Shown piece by piece: positions 8,854-22,721 of a stretch of 64,000 bases of DNA; the stretch's first letter is position 1, and every line of letters begins with the position of its first letter. The notes below the pieces were generated by a model, which saw only the letters and a program-made list of their open reading frames with translations, made no database searches and was not told where the DNA came from. Made by a program: the position numbers and the translations under genes. Source of the stretch: Plasmodiophora brassicae (taxonomy: Eukaryota); contig CP145419.1 in NCBI GenBank assembly GCA_036867785.1, positions 124,001-188,000 of the forward strand, in the 5' to 3' direction.

Positions 8854-10746
8854 TCACTGCCACGTGCTAGGGCCTCCAGTCGCGAAACGGCTAGGGACCT
8901 GGAAAGAGCGCACACCATTCACATAGGGTCGGCGAAACCTGGACCAGCAGGACCAACCTTCTGTCGCCGGCAGACAGAGATGAAGATGAACGGCGACGAA
9001 CGGCGGGTGGGGCGGTGTCATGCGATACCGGTTCGGATTCAGACGATGGCGGTTCCTGGGGCGCCACGTTATCATTACCCGGCTGACCTTCCGCTACTGG
9101 CTCGCGTTGTGGCCCTTGCGCTGCGACGTCGACAGGGCCGTTATTGAAGATGTCATCGATCGCACCGGCTAGATGGCCTCGTGCGCGTTGGAGGTGCACG
9201 CGCAGGGACTGCCGCGGCACGCCTGGAAACATCTCCGCTAGGCGGTTCAGGTCGCCTTCAGTGTCCCTGGACGGCCAAGGGCCTTGTGCGGCGAACCCTG
9301 CAGGACCGATGGGCACGCCGCGTACGACCTCGAACGACAGGGTCGGCATCCAGGTGGCCCACTGGCCCGTATTGAAATGGATCAAGCGTCGAAGGCTCCA
9401 TCCCTGGCGTCCGTTACGGGCCGCAGGCATCCCGTCGGCGGCAGCATCAGCAGCCGTAGCAGCAGGCGGGTTGTTGAGCAGGTCAGCCCTGCAGATCGGG
9501 CACGTGCGACGATACTTCATCCACTGCCGCAGACAGGTCAGGTGGAAGAAATGTGCACACGGCAACTTCTTCGTGCGTCCGAACTGGAGAACATCCCGGC
9601 AAATTGCACAGTGGTCGTTGAGTTCGCGAAGTTCTTCTTCGGAAGCGTCCAGGAACCGCGTGTTAATGTCATGAAGGACTCTCCTGTACGCGACCAGCGA
9701 CGAAATCCGGGTCGCTACCCGCAGGTACACGCTGCGGACGATCATGAAGAAGAACACGTCTTGTACTGCACACCACACGATTAGGTCCAACCAGGCCAGC
9801 CTGCTCACAATGGGCGTTACTCGAGAGCGACAGGCCGTGCATTGCCCAGGCATGGCCCAGGTGCGCCAGCGTTAACGAGTTGACGATGATATCAACAGCA
9901 CAGTCGACGTAGAACGCCTTCTGCGATTGGTCGTACAACGGGGCGGCTTCGGCGGATTGCATCATGAACGTGGCCATCTGCGGTATCCCAATCAGCACAC
10001 ACGGGTGTAAATCATGGCGATAAGCACCCGGACCCCATGAACGCAGGATATGCACGTCAGGACGGGCTCGATGAGCAGCATGAGAAGCGGCCGCCAGCCG
10101 ACGCTCTTGAATATCGTGTAGATAGCGCCCGCCCCTGCGTTGTTCACAGCGCACAGCGTTACAATTAGCGCAAGGATTCGCCATCGCTGTTCGTCGTGAG
10201 ACTCGAGACGAGCCAGCCGATGATTTGAAAGGTTGACGAGAAGCCGAATCTGACAGCGCGCGCAAGCTGGTCAGCCGAACCTTTTCCGACAGGGACACAC
10301 GATGAACGGACCGCTCCGAATATGGTGAAGACGATGAACCAGACGGTCAGGTCGGTGTACTGCGCACTGTACAGTGCTGTGAACAGGTACATGGCCTTGA
10401 ACATGACGAATGATCGAGTCAGGTCTTTACAGAACGATACTTCATCATCCGACAATGCTCGAAACACTGACAGCAGCACACGGCGTCAGATGGATGCGGC
10501 AAACACGTATCGACAAAGGAGGGCAGGCGGACCCGACTGATGTACCGTCCGAACAGAAAGCATCACGACCATGAGAATAAAGTTGAAGAGCGACAACGCG
10601 GCGACGGGCGACCCGAACGCCAGGACAAACAGCCGGGCGGGGGATAACGTTGGCGCCGGGGCGATCACGGCCATGATGGCGGCTGTGCTGACGGCGCTGT
10701 ACACCCATATCGGCGACGGCAATACCCGGTGTAGGATCGCACTCAT
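8854..10746 (-). CDS. ER-membrane RING-H2 E3 ubiquitin ligase with CUE domain (AMFR/gp78/HRD1 family), multi-exon
   Basis: N-terminal TM exons, RING-H2 'CAICRD...KKLPCAHFFHLTCLRQW...CPICR', CUE-like 'LAEMFPGVPRQSLRVHL'. The 3' end is approximate. Confidence 0.88.
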
Positions 10747-11750
10747 GACGACTGCCTGCCACTGCCCAGGGCAGCCCTTGGCTCGGATTTTTGTGACGCG
10801 GTGGTGCCGCCACACTGTTTTGCCCGCATTTTTTGCGGGGCGGCAGTCATTTCCGTTTTGGCCGACGACTCGAGTATCTTTTGACACTGAACTTTTGTAC
10901 TGCTATCTGCTGACCGAAGTTATATGTGATATCTGCTTGACGTCACGAGCTACGACCGCGCATCGTGCCCGCTGGCCGTTGCTTGCCACGAACTCATTTC
11001 GGTAGCCGGCCATTTTAACAACTTCCTGGAACAGCAGACGCCCCGTGCGTCCACAAGGAGTTTGGCCTTCTGTTCTTTCAGAGCCTCGTCAGCAGGTTTG
11101 GGCGGAGCGCCGATTCGTGACGCTTAGTTTCTCGAACTGGCCGCTTGGCACGAAGACCCCAAGTGGTACGTCGACCATAAGAACTGGGCCCTGATCGACA
11201 ACACTCTGAACGGCTACCTCTGCTGACGTACCACCCTTAGGTCCGTCCGTACGACGTTGAGCTCGAGTACGGTACCACCAAATTTCCTCGTTTCTGACGA
11301 AATCGGTTTGGGAAAGTCGTTCGAACGGGCGCGCCAGATGCATTTCGACCACCCCAGCCTGCCATCAGTAACGTTGAACCGGATGCGGGCGACCTGATCG
11401 CCTCGGTCCTGCTCGTTGGTGCGAATGATGACGACACCATTGATGGCGTTGCATTGCCGGTCACCTCAAATCAGCACGGGCAGGCCATCGTCGATCATGA
11501 TTCATTGGAGCTCTGTGGGAAACCGAGTTGCGTTTATCCTTGCAGCAACGCGCTCACAAATGTCGAACAGTGGCATGCTAGCTACGTCATCGCCAGTCTG
11601 GCGACCGACCCATCAGCAGTGCGGCAACACGGGCCGTGAGGTGATCGCCTAGAAGTCATTGATGCAATAATTATCGCAACATGTGCCTGATGCCAACTAG
11701 CCATCGGTTCGGGTACGTATATGGGTTGGCGGACACGTTGTAATAATAGT

Positions 11751-13108
11751 TTAGCTTCGAGGAAGGCACGAGCTCGAAGCACGGTTGCGGGTCCCCGTGA
11801 GGCAACGGCTGGTCTGGCCAATGATGATGGGTTCAAGAAGTTCGCCGCCGCCGAGACAGTCGAACCGCGTCCGCATTGTCGTTAAGAACGTATTTCGTGT
11901 TGACGAGCGGCGCCGACTCATACGGCTGCTGTGCGTGTCCACATCATCCTGGAGCTCGGTCCCAATATCGGCAACCGCTGCCAGTCGCCTCTCTCTATGA
12001 TCGTTCCGTTCCCTGGCCTGCCCTGGCGTCAGTGCCCATCCAGTCGCACAATCGCAACATGACGCCACCGTTGCTGGGGCAGATCGAGGCGTTCGTTGAC
12101 CCGAGCCCGGCGTCGGTAACGCCCTTTGCCTTGCATGTGGTTTCTGCTTGTCGTCAATGCACGGCGTCGCGTCCGGCCTTGGCGTGTGTGCGAACCGAAC
12201 AATGGAATGGACGGCAGGTGGTCCATGCGTCAACGTCGTGCAGATCCCGTCCACCACCGTCGGAATCGGGTTCATCTTCTGTCTGTATGAACGCACCACG
12301 AATGTGGGCCCCATCTGACGGTGATCGACCTGCATCCGACGACGTCGTTTTCGTCGCGCCGTCCGCTCTCGGCAGATCGCTTGGACCTTTCAGCCGCTCT
12401 TAGGCCTTTCACACACGCCAGACAGGCGCCTGCCATTTACCTTTTGATCCAGCTTGTCGCGCGCCTCATCATTAGCGCGAAGCTGTTCGAGGGTATGTCG
12501 AACCTTGTCGCGCACCGTCCGGAAGGCCACAGGCGGTCGGAGGCCTCGAAACTCGACACGATTGGCAACCACAACGAACTGCGATGGACGGCGCCCGACA
12601 ACGCCTGGACACACTCTGGTCAGCTCTCAGGGTAGTGCATAGGCACGACACGTATCACGCCGACCAATGTAAAAGAAGCCTTTGCCGGTGCCCGGGTCAT
12701 CAGGCGAGACGACCACGACCTTCCCGTTGCCCCTCCAGGTGGCCGTGTCGGCTGTCGGGCGGCAGTTGTCCCGAGAGACGAACAAGTCGACGTCGCCGGT
12801 TATGCAGCGAACCGTGACGGACAGGGAATGGTGCCATGATGCAGGCCAGAGCACGCGAAAGAACGCGTACGCTAACGCATTGACATGGGCGGAATGTGGG
12901 ATCCCCAACTCCAACAGCCGGGCTACACAGAGTCACGTAAGGCACAGAGGATTGTCTAACACGTGATGACACGGGACGAACTCGTTCGTGTGGCACTGGA
13001 TGCACCCGTGACATCCATGGCTTCAGCGCGGGCGCGTTTGTTCCCGAGTTGTGCAGCAATGGCGCGCTCCAGGTCGTGCAGCGTGACCGCGGCGCCTAGG
13101 TGGGACAT
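11751..13108 (-). CDS. Hypothetical multi-exon protein with a possible PPC-like beta domain
   Basis: Start 'MSHLGAAVTLHDLERAIAAQL'. The motif 'TGDVDLFVSRDNCRPT...FYIG' resembles pre-peptidase C-terminal domains. Boundaries are uncertain. Confidence 0.4.
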
Positions 13109-13610
13109 AAGGTTCACGCAGGCTCACGACACCAAACTGGCCTTGTGGGCGACCTTCTACCGGCGTCGCCATTGCCGACAGGGCTGTCGTCTATTATTAT
13201 AGAGCGTACAGTGCAATGATCTGGGGCGAATTGCACAATATATATGAACGTGCTATGCCCGGGAACACATTTAGGATGGTGGTGGAAGGTACGGGGCACT
13301 CTGGAGGGCCGACGCTGTGCCAGGGGATCGCGCCTGGAGCACTTGCAGCGCGGTGGCGCTCGCAGGCCCCAGCGACGAACGGGTCGGTGCTGTCAACGCG
13401 TTGAAGACGACGAGTGAGACCGGTGTGGACCGCATGCCCACATAAACGCGCTTGCGCGAAACCATCCTAACGTGCGCTCTGTTGTCCTCCGCTTGGATGA
13501 TGGCAGTGCCTCGTACTGCAGACGGCCGATCGCGTCTGCTCCCGAACCTATCCCCTCCGAACAGATTGATCCCACCTGGAACGAATGACGTCACGCGTAT
13601 GCCTGTATGT

Positions 13611-14891
13611 CTACGGTTTCGCCAGGTACGCCTTGATCTGGTCACCGCCGAACACCATGACGACGGTCAGGTAAACGGACAGGGCAATGCGGGGCGTGAC
13701 GCCCCGGAAGAACCCAGCGATGCCGTTGTTAGCATAGATATACTGGGCCGTCGATGTGATGGTCAGGCGTCTCGGTCGGTGCGGATGCCCCGCCATCGAC
13801 TGCATCTCCACGCGAATCACCTGCCCTCGACGTCAGGTGACGCTTACCGCCACACGTTATTTGCTACTACCTCGATCGGGTGGTTCCAGCAGGCAAGGGC
13901 GCCGCCGATCACGGACGCAGCGACCTTCTGCGTTGGCGTCGCTGTCGATGCCTCGTTACCACTTCGTCCTGTGATGATGCGTTCGGAGACACGAGCGATC
14001 CCGAGCCGAGATCCCCTGGAACGGCGCATTTCAGCTTGATGAAAGCCAATAGGCCAGGAAGCCTCACCAGTTCGTCATTTGCCGCAAGGCGACGGCGCTG
14101 ACGCCTTTGTACATGCCCGCGATTCCTTGCTGGCGGTAGATGTCAGCGGCCACTGCCCAGGTGGTCGTGGTCTGCCCCGTGCGCGTCTTATGCCGTGTTA
14201 CCTCCACCGTCTTCATGAATGTACAGAACCCCTATCGAACCATCACGTTGTACGTTTGCGACAGATCGCGCGCGTGCCGAACGAGGTGTACCATGGTGGT
14301 ATAGGCCTGGGCGAGGCCGCCGGCCATGCCACCGAGAAGGCCAGCCATACCAGGGGATGCCTAGCGGACGACGCATTCCCGTTAGACGGCCACACGCTGT
14401 ACGTATGCGGTTCACGCTCCAACGCTGAATCGGCGCTGCGCTTGATAGTCGACCTCCGATGCAACCAGCAACAGGACAGCTCCTTTAGTGGACGCTTCGA
14501 TCCAGGCCCACTGCCCTCAATATTGTTGACAACGTCAGAAGCGAACAGCGCGCCGGTCTATCGTCGTGGTTACGCACGGGAACCAGGCCTTGCCAGAATC
14601 CGCCCACGCCTCCGCGTTCGTAAATTTTACTGACGGCCGCCTTGAGGCCATCGCCCCGATTCGCCGCCATGTGCGTCTTGATGACTTCGAACGGCTGCCC
14701 TGGGTCGAGAGAATCACCATCGCGTCAGCGCCCCGCCACGCATGTCGCCGCCTCCGACCTAACGTCGACACCTCCCACGTCTGCAACGCCGCCCCAATCG
14801 CGACATTCTGCCAGGACACCGGCTTCTTATCGATGACAACACACGCTGCATTGTTTGCCGCCGCCGCCGCCGCCGCCGCCGCCGTCGTCAT
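13611..14891 (-). CDS. YHM2: Mitochondrial citrate/oxoglutarate carrier (Yhm2-type SLC25), multi-exon
   Basis: '[33 protein letters not shown]', '[14 protein letters not shown]', '[10 protein letters not shown]', 'WNHPIEV', 'FRGVTPRI' match the Yhm2 pattern. Confidence 0.92.
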
Positions 14892-15085
14892 CGTTGACGC
14901 CGCCCAACGAATATTCCAAATGACGCGGCGGTTTTGCGCGTCTGCAGTTTTGCAGACGACCCATCATGACTGCATCTGCGACTGCCGTCAACTGCCTAAA
15001 CTCCATGTCCTGACAGCACGGAGCTACAGCTAACAATTGAATATCGGAGGGCTTCCACTGTGCCCAACTATAGGGGCAACGGTAG

Positions 15086-18004
15086 ATGCATCGTGGCCAT
15101 TCTCTCGCGTGCACTATACTCGCCATCGAGCTCGCATCCGTACTCGTTGATATCGTTCGATTTCCACAACGAGTGCAAACGTTTACTCACAAGTCACGAG
15201 CCAATGCGGGCGATGGCGTGGTGCCACTCTGGGTGCGTGCGCGCCCAAATGACGGGATTTTCCGCGTCTGCAGTTCTGAGTGCCAGTTGTCATTTGTATG
15301 GAATTGTTGTAATAAAGGGGTGTTTTTTACAAGCCTGTTTTTTACATGTAAAATACACCTCTCAGGAACCAACTTTACACTGTAAAATACAGGTAACGTA
15401 AGGGTTTCCCGATCCATCCCAGAGCCTTCGTTGTGCGTGCGTGTCGTCGTCGTCGGGGGCGAGCGGAATCACAAGTCCTGCAACCGCGTGCACTCCCGGC
15501 TACGCGCTCGACTATCGGGATGCAACGTTGAGCAAGGAACTGGGATCGCATTCAAGTGCCCAGATGAATCGCCGTACAAAGATACGCGAGATGACCCCCT
15601 TCACACGTTGAACCGGGTCGCTTGGTTCGGAAGTACGTGACTTTGACGAAGAGCCAGACGATGATTCCGATGACGAAGACGTAACTTCGACTGGAGTTCG
15701 CAGGGTTCGTTGGCATTGCCGAGCCAGGCACACTTGCCGAGGCGATTTCGGGCACACATTTGTACCCAGTTGGTGACGAAGAGATCATCAAATCTGGTCA
15801 GGTTGTCGGGACCGTGACCATGGTATGAAGGCGTACTGCGAGGGGGGCGCAACCCCCTGCTGTTTTAAACATGTTTTTTACGTGTAAAATACATGTATTT
15901 TACACTCCACCAGCCATTCTCTGTTTTTAACAATTCCATAGTCATTTGTCAATCTGGGTGCGCCGGTGCAAACGGATACCGTCGAGGCGGTCCTGGACCG
16001 TCACTGCGACCCCGGACGGTACCTGAGGAACATCTACGGCAGCCAGCCGATCCCGACGTTTGACGATGCGTACGAATGTCGACGGTTCACATCCGCATGC
16101 TACGATGGGTGGCGGTCGAACCCGGACTACGGCGACATGCGACAGGTCATCTCCATCCTCACCGAACAGCAAATTGACAAGGTGCCATTTGTGTGCAACC
16201 CATCTGAGCCTCTCTCATAACATCGTTCAGTACCTGCTAAATCCGCGTCGCGACCTGCTGAAGTTGGCAGTGCGCTGCGATATTCATCCGACAATGCGAC
16301 CGTCCTCGCGCTTATTTGAGCAGACACCAATTGCTGAGAATCTACGTCGACGCCTTCGGCTTCCGTTCTTTATGCGACGATCTGAAAGCGATGCCATGGA
16401 GAACACGTTGCGCTACCTGCTACACCACATGCGCTGTGGCGTCTACGTGCGGATTCAGTGCAACCGCTTGGCCATGTTTGTCCCGTTTGTAAATACTGAG
16501 TATCGGTATGGCCTCATGCTGCATCGCTTTTGTGTTGGTAACTGTTTGCACCAGGAACCCATGGAGTTCGCAGCTCAAATGGGACCCACGATTTAGGACG
16601 CTTGACGAGTACCTCGACGAGTGGCAACGTTTATACCATAAGATCGACATTATTGGAGACCCCTCGCGCTGGTGGGCAAACGGTAACTTGGTCTGCAATG
16701 TGGTGCCACCCGGGTTCTGGAATGGCCACGGTTCGCGCTCGTGACACGCGGTTCACGTTAGGCTGAGTCTGAAACCCATTTGGGCAGGAACGGTGGCTCT
16801 TCGTGATATGCTGGTGGAAACGTGCGCACGTTTCGACGTGGATGATTGTGAGTTCTTCGTCAACGTGCGTGATCACCCACAACTCAAGGCGGACCTTACC
16901 GACCCTTTTGACGCGTTCTGGGGATCATGTCCCCCGCCTGCGTTACCAGATGAGGTTCGCCGTGATAGGTACGTTATCGTGGCTGTCGTATCGCGCTCGT
17001 GTCTGATTACATTCAACAGTTATTGCCCAATCGTTTCGTCGTTCGTCGCCGACGATTTTGCTGATCTGCCGTTCCCGTCTGTCGACGACTGGGAGCTGGC
17101 TTCGCGTAAAGTCTTCCCGGGGGATTGCCGCGATCTGTACACACGTGTGATTCCGGATGTGCCCTGGAATGAACGCGTGTCGACGGCGTTCTTTCGAGGC
17201 AGCGCTACGGGTGCCGGTGTCACGGCTGCAACCAATCAGCGCTTGCAGGCCGCGTTGCTCTCCAAGCAATGGACGATGGACGACAGGTAGGTTCATGTTT
17301 ATTTCTGGTACGTTTCGCGAAACCGATTAAGGCCAAGGTACAATGGCCGCAATCCGATCGACGGGGTCGCGTTCCTCGATGCAGGCGTTACGTCGTGGAA
17401 TCCTCGGCACAAGAAAATGCCAGGGACTCCTCTGCAGTTTCTCGATCGCGAAAGCATTGAGGTTGCCCTGGTAAACCGCGTCCACATGCGGGATCAGATT
17501 CGCTTCAAGTTCGGAGAGCTCGCTCTGGACCGTCGATCGGTTGTGACGTTCGTCTTTTCCAGATACCAGCTGTACATTGCTGGCCATTGCGCCGCCGCCC
17601 GGTACTCGTTCTTGATGCAGAGCGGCTCCGTCATCATGCGTTGTGCGTCTCCTTCACGAAACGAATCTTCGCTCTGGTTCTTCCCATTGCTGGAACCATG
17701 GGTCGATCATGTCCCGGTCGCAGTACGCAGACAGTCATCGCGAACTTCACACGACGCACTCACCGGTCGACTGTCGAACAGGCCGACCTGTCTGATCTCG
17801 CCGAGCGCATCGCATGGTGCAAGCAACACGACCTGGAATGCGAACGCATCGTCGAGAATTGCAGGCGCCTGTACGACCGCTTCATCTCCAGGAATGGTTT
17901 GGGCCACCTGCCACCTCACCGCCCCTGGCTGCCCACTGACCGGCTTCTCCGCAGCACTCATGGAATACTGTTGCCTCGTCATAAACACGATAGCACAGCG
18001 TTAG
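15086..18004 (+). CDS. Glycosyltransferase family 90 (CAP10-like) protein, multi-exon, with the hAT-like element in its first coding region
   Basis: 'EFFVNVRDHP', 'AFFRGSATG', 'YQLYIAGHCAAARYSFLM', 'LEPWVDHVPV..DLSDL.ERIAWC'. The start codon is uncertain. Confidence 0.8.
15297..15940. mobile_element. Non-autonomous DNA transposon (hAT-like MITE, 644 bp); candidate introner
   Basis: 12-bp TIR TATGGAATTGTT/AACAATTCCATA, 8-bp TSD GTCATTTG (15289-15296 and 15941-15948), and AT-rich subterminal repeats TGTTTTTTAC.TGTAAAATACA near both ends. Confidence 0.9.
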
Positions 18005-18102
18005 AACGCCCATCTCGAGGAATGATGAGGGCGCCGTTCGAGTCGCCCGCCAATCCCGTCCATTCGTAACGCGCAGTCCGTGTGGTGCCGTTGCAGTTCC
18101 CA

Positions 18103-20825
18103 ATGGGCGACGCGCTGCCCGACGACGTCGACGAGTTCCTGGCCTCCGTCGTCCAGCCCAGCGATGCGGGCGCCGCCGAGGTCGATCCGCTCGATGCATT
18201 CATGGCGTCCGTCAATGCCGAGCTGACATCCGCCCCGGCGCCTGGCAACCGTGGCGCGGAGCGCCTCGATCTGGAGGCCGATGAGCGGTCGTATCCCGAC
18301 AGCGGACCGAACCTAGGTGCCAGGACGATAGACGCCATCGTATATCGATAGCATTCGTTTCGATCCCTTTCCATATGTGATGAAACTGCGATGCAGGACG
18401 AACATGACGAGGAGGCGGCAATGGATGATCGTGACATTGCTTTGCTGCCACTGGTGGACCATTCGGGCGTGAAGTACCGACAGTTTCGAAAGAACATCCT
18501 CAAGGTATGTTGTTTATGGACGCGTGGACCACGTCTCTGGTGACTTGCTTTGCAGGTCCATCCGGATGTGGCCAAGATGACTGCAGCTCAGGTGAAAGCG
18601 GCACGCGAATCATTAGGCGTACAGGTACATGGTCTTGGCGATGTCGCCAAACCAGGGCTGTCATTCGGGCACCTTGGCCTGTCGGATCGCATGGTCGAAG
18701 CTGCCGCCTCATGGGGATTCGAAAAACCAACACCGATCCAGAGCCAAGCCGTTCCTGTCGCGCTTTCTGGTTCGCTGCGACTCAAACCGACTATGTGGCG
18801 TGCTTACGCTTGAAATGCAGGTCGAGATGTGATTGGAGTCGCCAGCACGGGCAGTGGCAAGACGGCGTCGTTTCTGTGGCCGCTGATTCTGCACCTCCAG
18901 GTAGGCCGAGGCTCGCTTCGATATGAGCGCTTTGTGACGCGGCCATCAGGCTCAGCCGATGGGTCCGATGCGGGCTGGAGAAGGACCGGCGGCACTTGTG
19001 CTGGCTCCGACTCGGGAGCTTGCCACACAGATCTATATCGAGGCGCGCAAGTACCTCAAGACCGTTAACAAGCGACTCCCCGCCCACATGCATTTCAAGG
19101 CTGCTGGCGTATTTGGCGGCATGCAAATGTACCAGCAGTCGAAGGAACTTGCTGCTGGGGTGGACCTTGTTGTGGCTACACCCGGTCGCCTTCTGTACGC
19201 TTATGTTCAGCTTACTGCCAATCGACATTGAGATGCTAACCCGTCCCGCCGTCAGAGATCATTTGCGAAAGAAACAGGCGCAGCTAACTGACTGCACCTT
19301 TGTCGTCATCGACGAGGCCGATCGCCTTCTTCAGATGGGGTTCGAAGCTCAAGCTCGTGCTATCCTGTCACAGATCAGGCCCGACCGGCAAACCCTGCTC
19401 TTTTGTGAGACGCAATCTCTCGATGGGCGCCGCCTTGACTAACCCTTCTGTTCCCACTCAGCGGCTACCTTCAAGAGACGCGTCGAGAGTCTGGCTCGGT
19501 CGCTGCTCCGCGATCCTGTTCGAATAGCCGTCGGAAAGATTGGCGCTGCCAACGAAGACGTTATCCAGCGCGTCGAGGTATCTGTTTATGGTGCCCTCCA
19601 CTGTACAATGCATTAATCAAGTGGCTCCGAAAGATCCTGAACCGAGAACCGGACAAGTTCGTCTGGCTGCAGCAGCATCTGCCGAGCTTTTTGAAACTGG
19701 GCCAGGTCCTTATATTCGCCGGAACGCGAGCCGCGTGTGATCTTCTTGCACGGAACCTAGCTCCTACTCGCTGTGGAGTCCTTCATGGCGACAAGTCGCA
19801 GGTATCGACGCCTATGCCGCGCGTTAGCCCTGACAGCTGATGCCACGTGATCTAGGCCGAAAGAATGGAGGTCTTGCAGCAACTCAAGAAGAACCTTGTC
19901 CAAGTTGTGGTCGCTACTGACGTCGCCGCGCGGGGCCTAGACATTGGCTCCCTGCATACGGTCATCAATTTCGAACTGGCTCGTGATGTCGATTCTCATG
20001 TGCACCGGATCGGACGAGTCGGTCGCCAAGGCCAGGAAGGTGAAGGCACCGCGATCACTCTCCTTTCCCGAGATCTGGAACGGAAGACGTCAAGAGCGCT
20101 GCCCGGCATTCTGGCCTCCATGCGCCAGGTACCAGTATCGGTAGACGAGCTTCGCATCCCCAGTTTGACATTGGTGTCTATAGGCGAAGCAGACCATTCC
20201 AGACGAGGCGTGGGACATCGCAGGGCGAGTGGCACCTGATGAACTCGCTAAAGTTTCCAGAGGCGGCGTTGGCAGCAGCGGTGGTGGTTCTGGCAGAAGT
20301 ACTGGTAGCCGTGGTGGCGGAGGCGGTCTCACCCGGATCACTCCTGTTACGTCAGGGTTGGGATCCAGTCAGGAATCGAGCAGGTCAGCTCTGGCTTACG
20401 TTCATATCTGTGTGGGGCTTAAATGCCACTTTGGCAGGATGTCGAAGCGGTTCGTTGCGTCAGGCATCAAGAGCGCTGAGGAGCTCAGGAGCCAGTTTCG
20501 AACCGCATTCACCAAGTCGTCACAAACACTCGGTTCAGCTGTTCCCTCGAACGTTCCAATTGCTTCCAACGATGCGTCTACTGCATCAGCGGATAACAAA
20601 CAGGCGACACGATGGGGCTCGCCTGCTCTTGTGTCACCTGCCTCGACACCTGCCTCGCGTTGGGATTCGCCAGCGCCCGCCCCTATGGCAACAGCAACAA
20701 GTGGAGTTGAACCTGGGTCACGATGGGATTCACCGGCAGCGTCAGTTCCTGTTTCCACCGCATCAGTTGCCACCGGACAGCCCCCTTCTTCATCAAGGAA
20801 ACGATCCAGATGGGATGTCACATGA
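18103..20825 (+). CDS. DDX42: DEAD-box RNA helicase, DDX42-like, multi-exon
   Basis: 'EVDPLDAFM', 'GFEKPTPIQ', 'ASTGSGKT', 'PTRELA', 'DEADR', '[10 protein letters not shown]', 'HRIGRVGR', C-terminal 'SRWD' repeats. Confidence 0.88.
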
Positions 20826-20878
20826 ACCATATTTAATTTACTTTATCTCTCGGCAGCCTGCATAGTTATGCACCTGTC

Positions 20879-22721
20879 CTATTGCAACTGGAGCATGACC
20901 GTCTCGAGTCGGTTCCGGAGGGTTTCGATCGTGGCGATCTGTGCATCGGCGCGCTCTTTACGACGCGAGGCAACCTCGGCTTTTACTTTGGACTGTACAG
21001 GACATAGTCAGGAACGCATACCAGAAACGCACAGTAACGGTCCTGCTAACCTGGTCACTGACGAGTGTAGCATTCATATCGCGTGTCAGCTTGATCTCTT
21101 CGTCGAGCTTCTGCACACGGGCGTGACACTTTGCGATTCGCTTCTGTTGTGCAGCGACCGCCTTCTGCTTCGCTGCTTCTGACACCACTAGCTCGGCAAG
21201 CTCGTCCTTGGCTGCCTGTAGCTTCTGCTGCCAGTTTGACAGCACGGTTGCCTGGCTGAGCTCTTCCTCGGCGACCAGACCTGCCACGACATCCTGAGCG
21301 CCGATCGGACTGCATCAGTGCCAGCTCGGAGGTACCGCGAAAATGTTCGTTCTGTTTGTGGAGCTGGTCGACGAGCATCTCGTTGTAGTACATGACGAGA
21401 CTGTCCAGCTTGGCGCGCTCAATGGCGTCATCGGATACGCTCCCGGGCGGGCGCTTGAAAACCTCCTGGTGACGATGGTGCGACATCATGCCTGGGTCTA
21501 AGCCTGATGACGACGACGAGTCGTGTAGAATACGATGGATATAGCCGTCGCCCTTGTAGTCCCAGACATACTGGTGCCTGAGCTCAATGGAGTACCGATG
21601 CTGCGGCAACGACGAGTCAGGGGATTCCATATGGACCCGCGCAACGTGTGCCTGTGTACCCCTTGCGAACGGAAATGCTCAACCGCGTGGCTCTTGTGGA
21701 ACCGATTGCACCCAATGTGGCAACAGATCAGGCACACCCTGTGACAGTACAGGACAGTCAAACACACACACACCTGCAAGCAGGACAGCTCCGCTTGGTC
21801 GATACCAAAGGTTTTCTTGCAGCGTGCAGTTGGCGCATTGGTACGTTTGGCCGCTAGGCGGAACCGGTCAGTTGGACGACGGGATGACAGGGGGAGGGGC
21901 GAACCGACGACACGTTACACGGAGCGGTCGATAATGGCACAGAGTCGGCACAGAATGCCCGGCCAGTTGGAGACGCACCCGCACGACTCCCAGGCTTGCA
22001 TGCCGAACTGCGTATGGGCGCACAACGACATTGGCAGGCCGCTGACCGACATGTCCATCTTGTCCAGGCACATGGGGCACTTTGGTATCTGGCAGGACGC
22101 ACCCTCAGCCGCAGGGATGGGCAGGTGGTTGCAGCGGGCACGCCCATACCTGCATGTGCGGTTGAAGATGTCCATCGGGTGGAGGCGTCCCATCGGGGAA
22201 CACTCCCCAGGCGGCCACGATGGGAAGCGCATAGCAAATCTCTACCGGTCCTGTCAGATCGGGACGGCCCGATCCTGCTGCCGTAACGTGCACTACCTGT
22301 CGCCCGGTTCATATCGAACGGGTGGCCGTTGGCGTTCGTCATAAACTGTCGGGCGTGTTGCGCGGAATCAAATCGAACGATCATCGTGCACTGCCGCGTA
22401 TCGTCGTCCACAAGCGCGTCGGCCTGCACGACCTATGATGGAAGCGGAAACCAAGCTGAGCCTGCAAGCCAGCCGTATATTCATTGTACTGACCGATGCG
22501 ATATCGACGCGCGCGAATCTGACCAACTGCCCGGGGGTCATGCCGGGCGGCGCGGCGAGAACGCCGACTAGCGTGACGTCGTTGGGATCGAGGTTGGCCC
22601 CCGCGATGTACAGGTCTACGGTCCCATTTCGTGTGCGCTGACCGCCGGTGGCGGGCTCGGATCGATTCCCGTCAGCACGTCGCGGTGTACCGCTGGCCTG
22701 GAATGCGACCTCGTACAGCAT
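20879..22721 (-). CDS. BRAP: BRAP2/IMP-type E3 ligase (BRAP2 domain, RING, zf-UBP, coiled coil), multi-exon
   Basis: RING 'CPMCLDKMD..LCAH..C..W..C..C', zf-UBP 'CLICCHIGCNR...HA..H...VWDYKGDGYIHRI', coiled-coil tail. Confidence 0.88.

Noticed and set aside
13200-13600. Possible ncRNA or small gene between convergent neighbours
   Set aside because: No recognisable motif or convincing ORF.
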